From assembly GCA_963736115.1 (NCBI GenBank), contig CAVTNR010000019.1:36461-100460 (forward strand): a stretch of 64,000 nt of DNA, written 5' to 3'. The DNA comes from an uncultured bacterium (GTDB lineage: Bacteria; Zhuqueibacterota; QNDG01; DTFT01). The notes under the pieces were generated by a model that was given only the letters and a program-made list of their open reading frames with translations, was not told where the DNA came from and ran no database searches. Position 1 is the stretch's first letter; each line of letters opens with the position of its first letter. This document shows, one piece after another, positions 41,516-49,923 of this stretch. The position numbers were made by a program, and so were the translations under genes.

Positions 41516-42586
41516 TTGTACGCCGTGATCATGGCCGGCGGTTCCGGGACGCGATTCTGGCCCAGGAGCCGCGAATCGAAATCCAAACAGTTTCTGAACA
41601 TCATCGGCAGAAAAACGCTTTTCGAACAAACCCTCGACCGCTTCGCTCCCCTGGTCGGCCGGGACAATCTGTATGTGGTCGCAAAAGCCGGCCAGAAATC
41701 CCAGTTCCGTCCATTCTCCAGCCGAATTCCCAGGTCCCATTTTATCTGGGAGCCGATGGGCAAGGACACGGCCCCGTGTATCGGTCTCGCCGCCGTGGTT
41801 CTGGACCGTTCGGAACCGGACGCCGTCATGGCGGTCACGCCGGCCGATCACCTCATTCTGGATCTTCCGAGATTCCGAAAATCGATACTGGCGGCCGCCC
41901 AGCTGGCCCGGGAACAGGACAGTTTCGTGACGCTGGGCATCGTGCCGGACCGGCCGGCGACCGGTTACGGGTACATCCAGATCGACGGGAGCCAGGGATC
42001 CTTCTACGGCGTGGAGGCCTTCAAGGTGAAGACATTCGCCGAGAAGCCCAACGCCGAAACCGCGGCCATGTTTCTCGCCAGCGGCGATTTTGTCTGGAAC
42101 AGCGGCATATTCGTGTTCCGGACCTCGGTCTATCTCAAGGCCGTGGAGGAGTTCCTTCCGGACCTGTATGACGGGCTTTGCGAGATCCGGGGCGCGCTCG
42201 ACAAGCGCGGCTACGTCCGGGCGGTCCAGCGTGTGTACCGGCAGATCCGGAGCATCTCGATCGATTTCGGCATCATGGAGAAGGTCTCCAACGTGCTCTG
42301 CGTGCGGGGCGATTTCCGCTGGAGCGACCTTGGCAGCTGGGAGCAGGTGCACAAGCTCAGCGAAAAAGACGGGAAGGGGAACGTCGTGTCGGGAGACGCG
42401 GTGCTCGTCGATACGACGCAGTCGTACGTGCACACGGACGGGGGCGTCGTGGCGGTTCTCGGGCTCGACGGTGTCGTGGTCGTTCAGGAGAAGAACGTCA
42501 CGCTGGTGTGCCGGATGGACCGGTCGGAGGACGTCAAGCAAGTCGTGGAGCGGCTCAAGCGCAAAAAACTCGATTCGGTCACGTGA
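41516..42586 (+). CDS. manC: Mannose-1-phosphate guanylyltransferase
   Basis: VIMAGGSGTRFWP.SR, EP.GKDTAP, PADH, TGYGYI, F.EKP, WNSG.F and WSDLGSW motifs. Confidence 0.93.
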   Translation: MYAVIMAGGSGTRFWPRSRESKSKQFLNIIGRKTLFEQTLDRFAPLVGRDNLYVVAKAGQKSQFRPFSSRIPRSHFIWEPMGKDTAPCIGLAAVVLDRSEPDAVMAVTPADHLILDLPRFRKSILAAAQLAREQDSFVTLGIVPDRPATGYGYIQIDGSQGSFYGVEAFKVKTFAEKPNAETAAMFLASGDFVWNSGIFVFRTSVYLKAVEEFLPDLYDGLCEIRGALDKRGYVRAVQRVYRQIRSISIDFGIMEKVSNVLCVRGDFRWSDLGSWEQVHKLSEKDGKGNVVSGDAVLVDTTQSYVHTDGGVVAVLGLDGVVVVQEKNVTLVCRMDRSEDVKQVVERLKRKKLDSVT

Positions 42587-42602
42587 CGCGGGAGAAGCAG
42601 TG

Positions 42603-43064
42603 ATGAAGATCAATGAACTCGTCAAGATTCTGAAACCGGACCTGTTTATCCCGGGGATGCAGTCCGGAACCAAGCCGGCGGTCCTGGAGGAGCTGGTCCA
42701 GCCCCTGGTGACCGGCGGATTCGTCCGGAGCAAGGGACTCGTGATCGAAACCCTTTCGAAGCGGGAAACCCTCGGCAGTACGGGTATCGGAAAGGGCGTG
42801 GCGGTCCCGCACTGCAGGACCCTCGCGGTGTCCGACCTGCACATCGTGGTCGGCATCTCGAAGAAAGGCGTGGATTTCGACGCCCTCGACAAAAAACCGG
42901 CCCAGCTGTTCTTTCTCATCGTAGCGCCGCCCCTCGACGGGAACAACCTGTATCTTCCGGTGCTCGGCAAGGTTGTGGAATCGGTCCGGGATTCCAAGCT
43001 GAGGCAGGCCATGATCGCCGCCCCGGATTTCGGATCTTTCCTCAAAGCCATCCAGGGAGGCTGA
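42603..43064 (+). CDS. PTS EIIA component (PtsN / fructose-mannitol type)
   Basis: RETLGSTGIGKGVAVPH, GVDFDALD.KP and LFFLIVAP motifs. Confidence 0.92.
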   Translation: MKINELVKILKPDLFIPGMQSGTKPAVLEELVQPLVTGGFVRSKGLVIETLSKRETLGSTGIGKGVAVPHCRTLAVSDLHIVVGISKKGVDFDALDKKPAQLFFLIVAPPLDGNNLYLPVLGKVVESVRDSKLRQAMIAAPDFGSFLKAIQGG

Positions 43065-43068
43065 ATCG

Positions 43069-43407
43069 ATGACCCGCAACTTGATCGAACTGCTGGTTTT
43101 GTACCAGGATCTGGACCTGATGCTGAAGGAAACGGCCGAAGCGGAAGCCACAATGGGCTTTGAGATGGAGGGGCGCGAAAAGCTCCGCAAGGCAATGGAC
43201 GACATCGCCAAGAACATCTCTCCCCGGTTCCTGCGCACCTACCAGCGGCTTCACACCCGTTTCAAGCGGCCCATCGTGCCGGTGCAGAACGACGTGTGCC
43301 TCGGGTGTTTCGCCAAACTGCCCACATCCTACGGGGAAAAGGGACGCAAAGACCAGATGATCTACACCTGCGAGCAGTGCGGCCGCATTCTGTACTGGGT
43401 GGAATGA
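43069..43407 (+). CDS. C4-type zinc-ribbon domain protein
   Basis: L..YQRL, VPV...VCLGCF and CEQCGRILY motifs. Confidence 0.88.
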   Translation: MTRNLIELLVLYQDLDLMLKETAEAEATMGFEMEGREKLRKAMDDIAKNISPRFLRTYQRLHTRFKRPIVPVQNDVCLGCFAKLPTSYGEKGRKDQMIYTCEQCGRILYWVE

Positions 43408-43420
43408 GGCGGTTCGCGGC

Positions 43421-43663
43421 GTGAAGGACGGAACGGACGATGCCGGCCCCGCAGGCGGGAATGCCGGTGTCGGATCCTCCCGTATCCGGTTCTGCGACTT
43501 TCACTGCCCCCAAGCGGATTTCCCGAAGGAGCAGGCGGTGGACGGTTCGGACTCGTGCCGGACTTTCGCCGCGGTCTGGTGTCGGGAGCTCCAGGCGTAT
43601 ACGACGAAAAACGCGCCCTGCGCCGCACTGTTCGGAAAACGGAGGCCGAAAAGCAACTGGTGA
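43421..43663 (+). CDS. Small Cys-rich hypothetical protein
   Basis: GAGG RBS, follows 14 nt after the previous gene; FCDFHCP..SCRTF..VWC..KNAPC. Confidence 0.6.
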   Translation: MKDGTDDAGPAGGNAGVGSSRIRFCDFHCPQADFPKEQAVDGSDSCRTFAAVWCRELQAYTTKNAPCAALFGKRRPKSNW

Positions 43664-43790
43664 TTGTAAAACCCGAAAGGTCTTTCAGCCCTTTCAGGTT
43701 TTAAGCTTCAAACGCAACCTTCCCGCCCCGCGTCCGTATCCTCTCCAGAATCCTTTCTCGTCTTCCCGTCCCAACAAACCGGAGGTTTTT

Positions 43791-44369
43791 GTGAGAAAAA
43801 CCATGTTTCTCATCGCCCTGGCATTCATCGCGTCCGGCGTCGCGCGGTCTCAGACGCATGCGGCAATCGGCGAAAAACCGAAGCCACCCGAGCTCGAATC
43901 CGTTCGTCTGGTCCCGGTGGAGCCGTTTGCCTACGCCGCGCTCGAAATGAAGGGCAGTTACGACCAGCACGGGAGCGCGTTCATGGACCTGATGCAAAAC
44001 GCGGGGGCCCAGGGACTTTCCATGGGGACCGCGCCGTTCGGACTGTACTTCAACAGCCCGGATCAGGCGCCCGCGGATTCGCTGGTCTGGGATCTCGGCA
44101 TCCCCTGCCCGGACACGGCAAAGGTGACCGCTCCGCTGGTTCTCAAAAAATACGCGTATCCTCTGACAGCCGCTCTGTTCTTCGAGGGCGTATTCGGTTC
44201 ACCGGAGCAGAACGCGGCGACAGCAGCCCTGTTTGCCTGGATTCCGGTGAACGGATACAGGCCCGCGGGCCCGATGATGGAGCGTTTCGTGTCCATGCCG
44301 ATGCCCACCGGGGACGGGGGATTCACCGGCCGCGTGGAGATGGTGATACCGGTGGAGAAGGTCCAATGA
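43791..44369 (+). CDS. Secreted GyrI-like domain protein
   Basis: GGAGG + GTG start, signal peptide, KGSY, PFGLYFNSP..L.WDLG, WI..NGY.PAGP.ME and EM.IPV. Confidence 0.85.
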   Translation: MRKTMFLIALAFIASGVARSQTHAAIGEKPKPPELESVRLVPVEPFAYAALEMKGSYDQHGSAFMDLMQNAGAQGLSMGTAPFGLYFNSPDQAPADSLVWDLGIPCPDTAKVTAPLVLKKYAYPLTAALFFEGVFGSPEQNAATAALFAWIPVNGYRPAGPMMERFVSMPMPTGDGGFTGRVEMVIPVEKVQ

Positions 44370-44415
44370 CCTGTTGTTGAAGTGATCCGGGGAAGAAAAT
44401 CCCCGGCGGATCACC

Positions 44416-44461
44416 AAAAAAAGACGGTACCCTTTTTGAACAAAGGGTGCCGTCTTTTTTT
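44416..44461. terminator. Bidirectional intrinsic terminator
   Basis: AAAAAAAGACGGTACCCTTT-loop-AAAGGGTGCCGTCTTTTTTT. Confidence 0.85.
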
Positions 44462-44470
44462 GTGCTCTCC

Positions 44471-44532
44471 GACCCCGGGGTCTGACGCACGGAATCCGCC
44501 CGGACTTTCTGAAGTCCGGGACCCCGGGGTCA
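44471..44532. repeat. GACCCCGGGGTC palindromic repeat family, copy 4 (two units)
   Basis: GACCCCGGGGTC at 44471 and 44520. Confidence 0.8.
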
Positions 44533-44536
44533 GTGA

Positions 44537-46063
44537 CTACTCCTTGAACCGCTTCCCGTCTATCTTGTAATTCCGGATTTTATATCCCAGGATGCGCTCC
44601 GTCGTGTCGAGCAGGCGCGCGGCCTTGGCGACGTTTCCGCGCGTGGATTTCAGCGCGTCCTGGATAAGTTCCTTCTCGAACGTGGCCACCGCGTCCCTGA
44701 GCGACCGGGTGTTCGTGGTGCCGCTGCTCTCCGCGGTCTGCAGTGTGGGGGGCAGGTGGTAGCTGTGGATGACCTGGTCCTCGCACACGAGCACGGCGCG
44801 TCCGACGCAGTTTTCCAGCTCGCGGACGTTGCCGGGCCAGTGGTACCGCATCAGCATGTCGATGGCCGGGGTGGAGATGCGCTTCACGGATTTCGCGTGC
44901 TGGCGGCTGTACTTCAGCATGAAGTGGTCGGCCAGGAGCAGGAGGTCGGTCTTGCGTTCGCGGAGCGGCGGCAGGACGATGGAGAACACATTCAGCCGGT
45001 AGTACAGGTCCTCGCGGAACTTACCGTCCGCCATGTTCCGCTCGAGGTCGGCGTTCGTCGCGGCGATGACCCGCACGTCCGCCCGGATGGTTTCCGTTCC
45101 GCCGACGCGCTCGAATTCCTGCTCCTGCAGGACACGGAGCAGCTTCACCTGGGTCATGGCGGAGAGCTCGCCGACCTCGTCGAGGAAAATCGTGCCGCCG
45201 TCCGCAAGCTCGAACCGGCCCTTTTTACGACCGACGGCGCCCGTGAACGCGCCTTTCTCGTATCCGAAGAATTCCGACTCGATGAGGTTTTCCGGAATGG
45301 CCGCGCAGTTCACGCGGACGAAGGGCTTGTCCGCGCGCGGCGAGTTGTAATGGATGGCCTCGGCGATCAGTTCCTTGCCCGTGCCGGTCTCGCCGCGGAG
45401 CAGGACCGTCGTCTGGGTCGGGGCAACCGTGGCCACCTGCTCGTACACGTCCCGCATCTCATTGCTGTTGCCGATGATGTTGTGGAAGCTGTACTCCTCC
45501 TGCAGTTTCCGCTTGAGCGTCACGTTTTCATCCAGCAGGCTTTGGCGCTGGTTTTCCATGACATGGCGGACCCGGATGGGCTGGAGCAGGGCCGAGGCGA
45601 CCAGGGTCAGAAACTGCAGGGTGCCGTCATAGTCCCGCTTGGAATGGTGGGCGAAATTGACGATCAGCACACCGAGCGCCTTGTAATCGAGCATGATCGG
45701 GATGCCGAAGAAGCTCTGCTCGCCGGCCTCCTTGTCCCACGACGCCATGCGGTTCAGAAACAGGGGCTCCTTGCTGACCTGCGGAACGACAATGGGCTTG
45801 CCTGAAGCGACGACCCGGCCGGTCAGTCCGTCTCCCACGGTGAAACGAGTGTCGAGCACGTTCGATTTGTAACCGATGGAGGCCTCCAGGGTCAGCGCCG
45901 TTCCGGAATCGTCCATCAGGAAAATAGCCCCGGACCGGATTTTATAGGAATTCAGCAGGATCTGGAGGGTCGCGTGAAGCGCATCGTGGAGCTCGAGCGT
46001 GCGGCCGACGGCCTGGTTGATCTCGATCAGGAGGGGAAAACTCTTGGCGGTGACGGTGTTCAT
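44537..46063 (-). CDS. GAF-domain sigma54-dependent activator (NifA-like)
   Basis: N-terminal [41 protein letters not shown] and a Fis-type HTH. Confidence 0.93.
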   Translation of the reverse strand: MNTVTAKSFPLLIEINQAVGRTLELHDALHATLQILLNSYKIRSGAIFLMDDSGTALTLEASIGYKSNVLDTRFTVGDGLTGRVVASGKPIVVPQVSKEPLFLNRMASWDKEAGEQSFFGIPIMLDYKALGVLIVNFAHHSKRDYDGTLQFLTLVASALLQPIRVRHVMENQRQSLLDENVTLKRKLQEEYSFHNIIGNSNEMRDVYEQVATVAPTQTTVLLRGETGTGKELIAEAIHYNSPRADKPFVRVNCAAIPENLIESEFFGYEKGAFTGAVGRKKGRFELADGGTIFLDEVGELSAMTQVKLLRVLQEQEFERVGGTETIRADVRVIAATNADLERNMADGKFREDLYYRLNVFSIVLPPLRERKTDLLLLADHFMLKYSRQHAKSVKRISTPAIDMLMRYHWPGNVRELENCVGRAVLVCEDQVIHSYHLPPTLQTAESSGTTNTRSLRDAVATFEKELIQDALKSTRGNVAKAARLLDTTERILGYKIRNYKIDGKRFKE

Positions 46064-46212
46064 GATTCACTCCTCGCAACAAGGGCGGAACGGATCGCTC
46101 GTCGGACGGGAGACGGCCGGTTCCGGCGGTTCACCAGCATCAGAAGCATGGACAAATTTGTACCACCCCTCATAAAAAGATACAAAATTGTAAATCATTA
46201 ATCAAGTACTTC

Positions 46213-46264
46213 TTGACATTGCGGATTCATTTGTTTATTTTAGACTTGTACTAAACGGTTTAGT
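46213..46264 (+). promoter_or_regulatory. Sigma70 promoter plus LacI-like palindrome upstream of the MFS transporter
   Basis: TTGACA about 17 nt before a TATTTT-like -10; ACTAAAC-G-GTTTAGT at 46250-46264. Confidence 0.55.
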
Positions 46265-46280
46265 TCATTATGGAGGAACC

Positions 46281-47567
46281 GTGGCCAAAAAAACCTTCCG
46301 AAACTTCCGCTGGGTCATCTGCGGGCTTCTTTTCGCTGCCACTACCATCAATTACATCGACCGGCAGGTCATCAGCATTCTCAAACAGAACGTCATCCTG
46401 ACCTGGCCCGGCTGGTCCGAACTGACCTACGGCCAGGTCGTCGGCTATTTTCAGCTCGCTTACGCCGTGATGATGCTTTTCGCGGGCGCCCTCATCGACC
46501 GGATCGGCATCCGCAAGGGATTCGCCATCGCCATCGTCTGGTGGAGCCTGGCGGCCATGGGGCACGCGCTGTCCGGCACGGTGTTCGCATTCGGAGCCGC
46601 GCGCATTCTGCTCGGACTGGGAGAGGCCGCGAATTTCCCCGCGTCCATCAAGGCCATCGCCGAGTGGTTCCCGAAGAAGGAAAGGGCGCTGGCGACAGCG
46701 GTCTTCAACTCCGGAACGAACATCGGGGCATTTATAACACCGATAGCCGTGGCCTGGATACTGGAGTCGCTGGGGCACTGGCAGTGGGTGTTTGTTCTCA
46801 CCGGCGCGCTGGGATTCATCTGGCTGGTGTTCTGGCTGCTGATGTACGACCATCCGGACCGGCACTCCCGCGTTTCGGCATCGGAGTTGGCGTATATCCG
46901 GAGCGAGCCGCCCGAAAAGGCGCCGCAGCAGTCCGTTTCCGAGATGTTCAAGACATGGACCGGCCTGCTGGGTCACAAGCAGACCTGGGCTTTTGCCGTC
47001 GGCAAAGGCATCACCGATCCGGTCTGGTGGGTGTGGCTGTTCTGGGTTCCGGGATTCCTCTATAAAAAATTCGGCGTCAACATCAAGGATCTGTGGTGGC
47101 CCATTCTGATCATCTACAGCATGGCCAGCGTGGGCTCCATTATCGCCGGATGGCTGCCCGGGGCCTTTCTCAAGGCCGGATGGACCGTCAACCGGGCGCG
47201 CAAGACCGCCATGCTCATCTGCGCCCTGTGCGTGGTCCCTGTGATCTACGCGGGAGTGACGGACAGCATCTGGACCGCCGTCCTGCTCATCGGCCTGGCC
47301 TGCGCGGGTCATCAGGGATGGTCTGCAAACATCTTCACCCTTAGTTCCGACATGTTCCCCAAGCGCACCGTGGCCTCGGTGGTGGGCATCGGCGGATTCA
47401 TGGGCGGGCTCGGCGGATACTTCATCTCGAACATCGTGGGCTGGATTCTCGACAAGAATCCGAACAACTACCTTCCCATTTTCATCACGGCGGGATGCAT
47501 CTATCTGATCGCGCTTGCCGTCATTCATGTGTTCGCTCCGAAACTGGAGCCGGTGAAACTCAACTGA
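46281..47567 (+). CDS. ExuT-like (ACS family) MFS hexuronate transporter
   Basis: RW.I..LLF.ATTINYIDRQ, GEAANFPA..K..AEWFPKKERALAT..FNSG, TDPVWW and HQGWSAN motifs. Confidence 0.9.
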   Translation: MAKKTFRNFRWVICGLLFAATTINYIDRQVISILKQNVILTWPGWSELTYGQVVGYFQLAYAVMMLFAGALIDRIGIRKGFAIAIVWWSLAAMGHALSGTVFAFGAARILLGLGEAANFPASIKAIAEWFPKKERALATAVFNSGTNIGAFITPIAVAWILESLGHWQWVFVLTGALGFIWLVFWLLMYDHPDRHSRVSASELAYIRSEPPEKAPQQSVSEMFKTWTGLLGHKQTWAFAVGKGITDPVWWVWLFWVPGFLYKKFGVNIKDLWWPILIIYSMASVGSIIAGWLPGAFLKAGWTVNRARKTAMLICALCVVPVIYAGVTDSIWTAVLLIGLACAGHQGWSANIFTLSSDMFPKRTVASVVGIGGFMGGLGGYFISNIVGWILDKNPNNYLPIFITAGCIYLIALAVIHVFAPKLEPVKLN

Positions 47568-47798
47568 CGCCTTCGTCCCCGGCCGTCGATGCGGCCGCGG
47601 GAACTTCGGGATAAAAAAAGCCGGGATACCGCATTCCGATTTCGGGACGGTTTCCCGGCTTTTCTTACGGAAAAGTCCCCGATTCGGCGGCATCCTACAG
47701 AATTGTTTTTTGCCGCCCGTTCTTCCCCGATCCCCGTCTTCCACGTAAACCGCTGATCCCGCGTGTCTTGAGCGCGAACACGTCTGTCCGTTCCGGAC

Positions 47799-47813
47799 TG
47801 GCACTCACTTTGC
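47799..47813 (+). promoter_or_regulatory. Sigma54 -24/-12 promoter for amtB-glnK
   Basis: TGGCAC-TCACT-TTGC matches the consensus; 60 nt before the ATG. Confidence 0.85.
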
Positions 47814-47872
47814 CTGTTTGCGGGAGTGAAGAACGACACCACTATTCAACGGTTCAGACAGGGAGTCCGATC

Positions 47873-49117
47873 ATGAACCTCGCCATTCAGCCGGGCGATG
47901 TCGCCTGGGTGCTCATGTCCGCCGCGCTCGTCATGAGCATGACCACGCCGGGCCTCGCGTTTTTTTACGGGGGACTCGTGCGCCGCAAGAACGTGCTGTC
48001 CACCATGATGCAGTCGTTTTTTCTGCTGTGCCTGATCAGCATCCAGTGGATCCTCTTCGGTTACAGCCTCTCCTTCGGTCCGGATATCGGCCATTTCATC
48101 GGAGGTCTCTCGTGGCTCGGACTGAAGGGCGTGGGCGCCGATCCGAACCCCGATTACGCGGGGACGATTCCGCACAGCCTGTTCATGGCGTATCAGATGA
48201 TGTTCGCCGTGATCACGCCGGCTCTGATCACGGGCGCGTTCGCGGAGCGCATCCGGTTCTCCACGTTCGCCGTATTCAGCCTGCTGTGGGCCACGCTCGT
48301 ATATGATCCGGTCTGCCACTGGGTCTGGGGCACGGGCGGGTGGCTGCGCTCCCTCGGAGCACTCGACTTCGCGGGCGGCACCGTGGTCCACGTTTCGTCC
48401 GGCATCTCGGCGCTGGTCTGCGCGCTGATGCTCGGCCGCCGCAAGGGTTTTCCGCACCACACGATTCCGCCGCACAACATGACGTACACGGTCCTCGGCG
48501 CCTCGATGCTCTGGTTCGGATGGTTCGGATTCAACGCGGGCAGCGCCCTGGGCGCGAACGGCCTCGCCGTGTCGGCGTTTATCGCCACGAACACATCGGC
48601 CGCGGCCGCGGCCCTCGCGTGGATGGCCATCGAGTGGGTCGTGGTCGGTCGGCCGACGGTATTGGGCGCGGCCACCGGCGCGGTCGCCGGCCTCGTCGCA
48701 GTCACTCCGGCCGCGGGTTTCGTGTCACCGCTCTCGGCGATCGGCATCGGTTTGCTGGGCGGCGCGGTTTGTTACGTATCCGTCTCGGTGATCAAGACGA
48801 AGTTCAAATACGACGACAGCCTCGATGCGTTCGGCGTGCACGGCGTGGGCGGCACGGTCGGCGCTCTGGCGACGGGCCTGTTCGCGCAGAAGGCCGTCAA
48901 CCCGGCCGGCGCGGACGGCCTTTTCTTCGGAAACGCCAATCTGCTCGGAAGCCAGGCGGCGGCCGTGGGTGTCACGGCCGTGTACGCGGCGGCCGTCACC
49001 TGGGTCCTGCTGAAGATTCTCGACAAAACCATGGGCCTTCGCGTGACCGAGGAGGACGAGGTGATCGGCCTGGATGACACGCAGCACCGGGAAAGCGCGT
49101 ACACGCTTCTCGACTGA
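47873..49117 (+). CDS. amtB: Ammonium transporter
   Basis: GLAFFYGGLVRRKNVL, QMMFA.ITPAL..GA.AER, DFAGGTVVH, WFGWFGFNAGS and DDSLD.FGVHG motifs. Confidence 0.97.
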   Translation: MNLAIQPGDVAWVLMSAALVMSMTTPGLAFFYGGLVRRKNVLSTMMQSFFLLCLISIQWILFGYSLSFGPDIGHFIGGLSWLGLKGVGADPNPDYAGTIPHSLFMAYQMMFAVITPALITGAFAERIRFSTFAVFSLLWATLVYDPVCHWVWGTGGWLRSLGALDFAGGTVVHVSSGISALVCALMLGRRKGFPHHTIPPHNMTYTVLGASMLWFGWFGFNAGSALGANGLAVSAFIATNTSAAAAALAWMAIEWVVVGRPTVLGAATGAVAGLVAVTPAAGFVSPLSAIGIGLLGGAVCYVSVSVIKTKFKYDDSLDAFGVHGVGGTVGALATGLFAQKAVNPAGADGLFFGNANLLGSQAAAVGVTAVYAAAVTWVLLKILDKTMGLRVTEEDEVIGLDDTQHRESAYTLLD

Positions 49118-49244
49118 GCGGTAAAGTGAAGACATGCGACGCGCCTGATGGCGCGCCTTACGGTGCGTCGCACGATGCCGAACCTGAACGTCAAGGGGAC
49201 CGGAAACGCGCCGCTCGAGGCGTCCGGATCCAGGGGAGAAAAAA

Positions 49245-49586
49245 ATGAAACTCATCATCGCCATCATTCAGCCGCACAAGCTCGACGACGTGATGGAGGC
49301 GCTCGACGAGAAGGAGATATACCTCAAAACCGTCAGCAATGTGCTGGGCTGCGGCCGGCAGAAGGGCATCCCGGAGACGTACCGGGGCGTGGTGGAATCG
49401 GGAAAGCTCACCAAGAAGGTGAGACTCGAAATCGCACTCAACGATCCGTACGTCGAGCCGGCCATACAGGCCATCATCAAGGCTTCGAAAACCGGCCAGA
49501 CCGGGGACGGTAAAATCTTCGTGCTGGACATGAATGAATGTGTACGGATCCGTACCGAGGAAAGGGACGGGGTGGCCATCGGTTAG
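49245..49586 (+). CDS. glnK: P-II nitrogen regulator
   Basis: [29 protein letters not shown] and RIRT motifs; adjacent to amtB. Confidence 0.93.
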   Translation: MKLIIAIIQPHKLDDVMEALDEKEIYLKTVSNVLGCGRQKGIPETYRGVVESGKLTKKVRLEIALNDPYVEPAIQAIIKASKTGQTGDGKIFVLDMNECVRIRTEERDGVAIG

Positions 49587-49622
49587 TTGATGTGCCGGCT
49601 ACCTTCGAGTTGCGCGGCACCT

Positions 49623-49690
49623 GAAAGATAAAATCCCCTCACAAAGGAGAAGGGGCGGCGCGGAGCAATCCGTCCGTCCCTTCGCCTTTT
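49623..49690 (+). terminator. Terminator after glnK
   Basis: GAAGGGGCGG..CCGTCCCTTC stem followed by GCCTTTT. Confidence 0.55.
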
Positions 49691-49727
49691 TGGCCGGCCG
49701 CCGCGCTTCGAGACCGGCGACGTCCGA

Positions 49728-49748
49728 TTTTTATGAAATCTTTATCCC
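49728..49748 (+). promoter_or_regulatory. Putative KdpE binding site
   Basis: TTTTTATGAAATCTTTATCCC has TTTAT direct repeats 11 bp apart upstream of kdpF, resembling the T-rich KdpE box. Confidence 0.6.
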
Positions 49749-49825
49749 TCCGGGCACCGTTCCGAATGGCAAACTGATCCGTTTCCTCTTATTTTGTGTA
49801 TGATTTTTCACATCGGAGGAATTCC

Positions 49826-49915
49826 ATGGCCTTTGAATGGAACCTGGCGGGCGCGATCGCGGCCCTGCTGGCCGGATATCTGACATACGCCGCGATGAAC
49901 CCCGAGCGCTTCTGA
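49826..49915 (+). CDS. kdpF: K+-transporting ATPase subunit F (29 aa, absent from the ORF track)
   Basis: GGAGG RBS; MAFEWNLAGAIAALLAGYLTYAAMNPERF carries the KdpF YL.YA...PE.F signature; directly before kdpA. Confidence 0.92.
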   Translation: MAFEWNLAGAIAALLAGYLTYAAMNPERF

Positions 49916-49923
49916 GCCCGTCC

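Noticed and set aside
44537-46063. Calling the activator nifA / nitrogen fixation
   Set aside because: No nif structural genes are in the window, and the GAF-AAA-HTH architecture is not specific to NifA.
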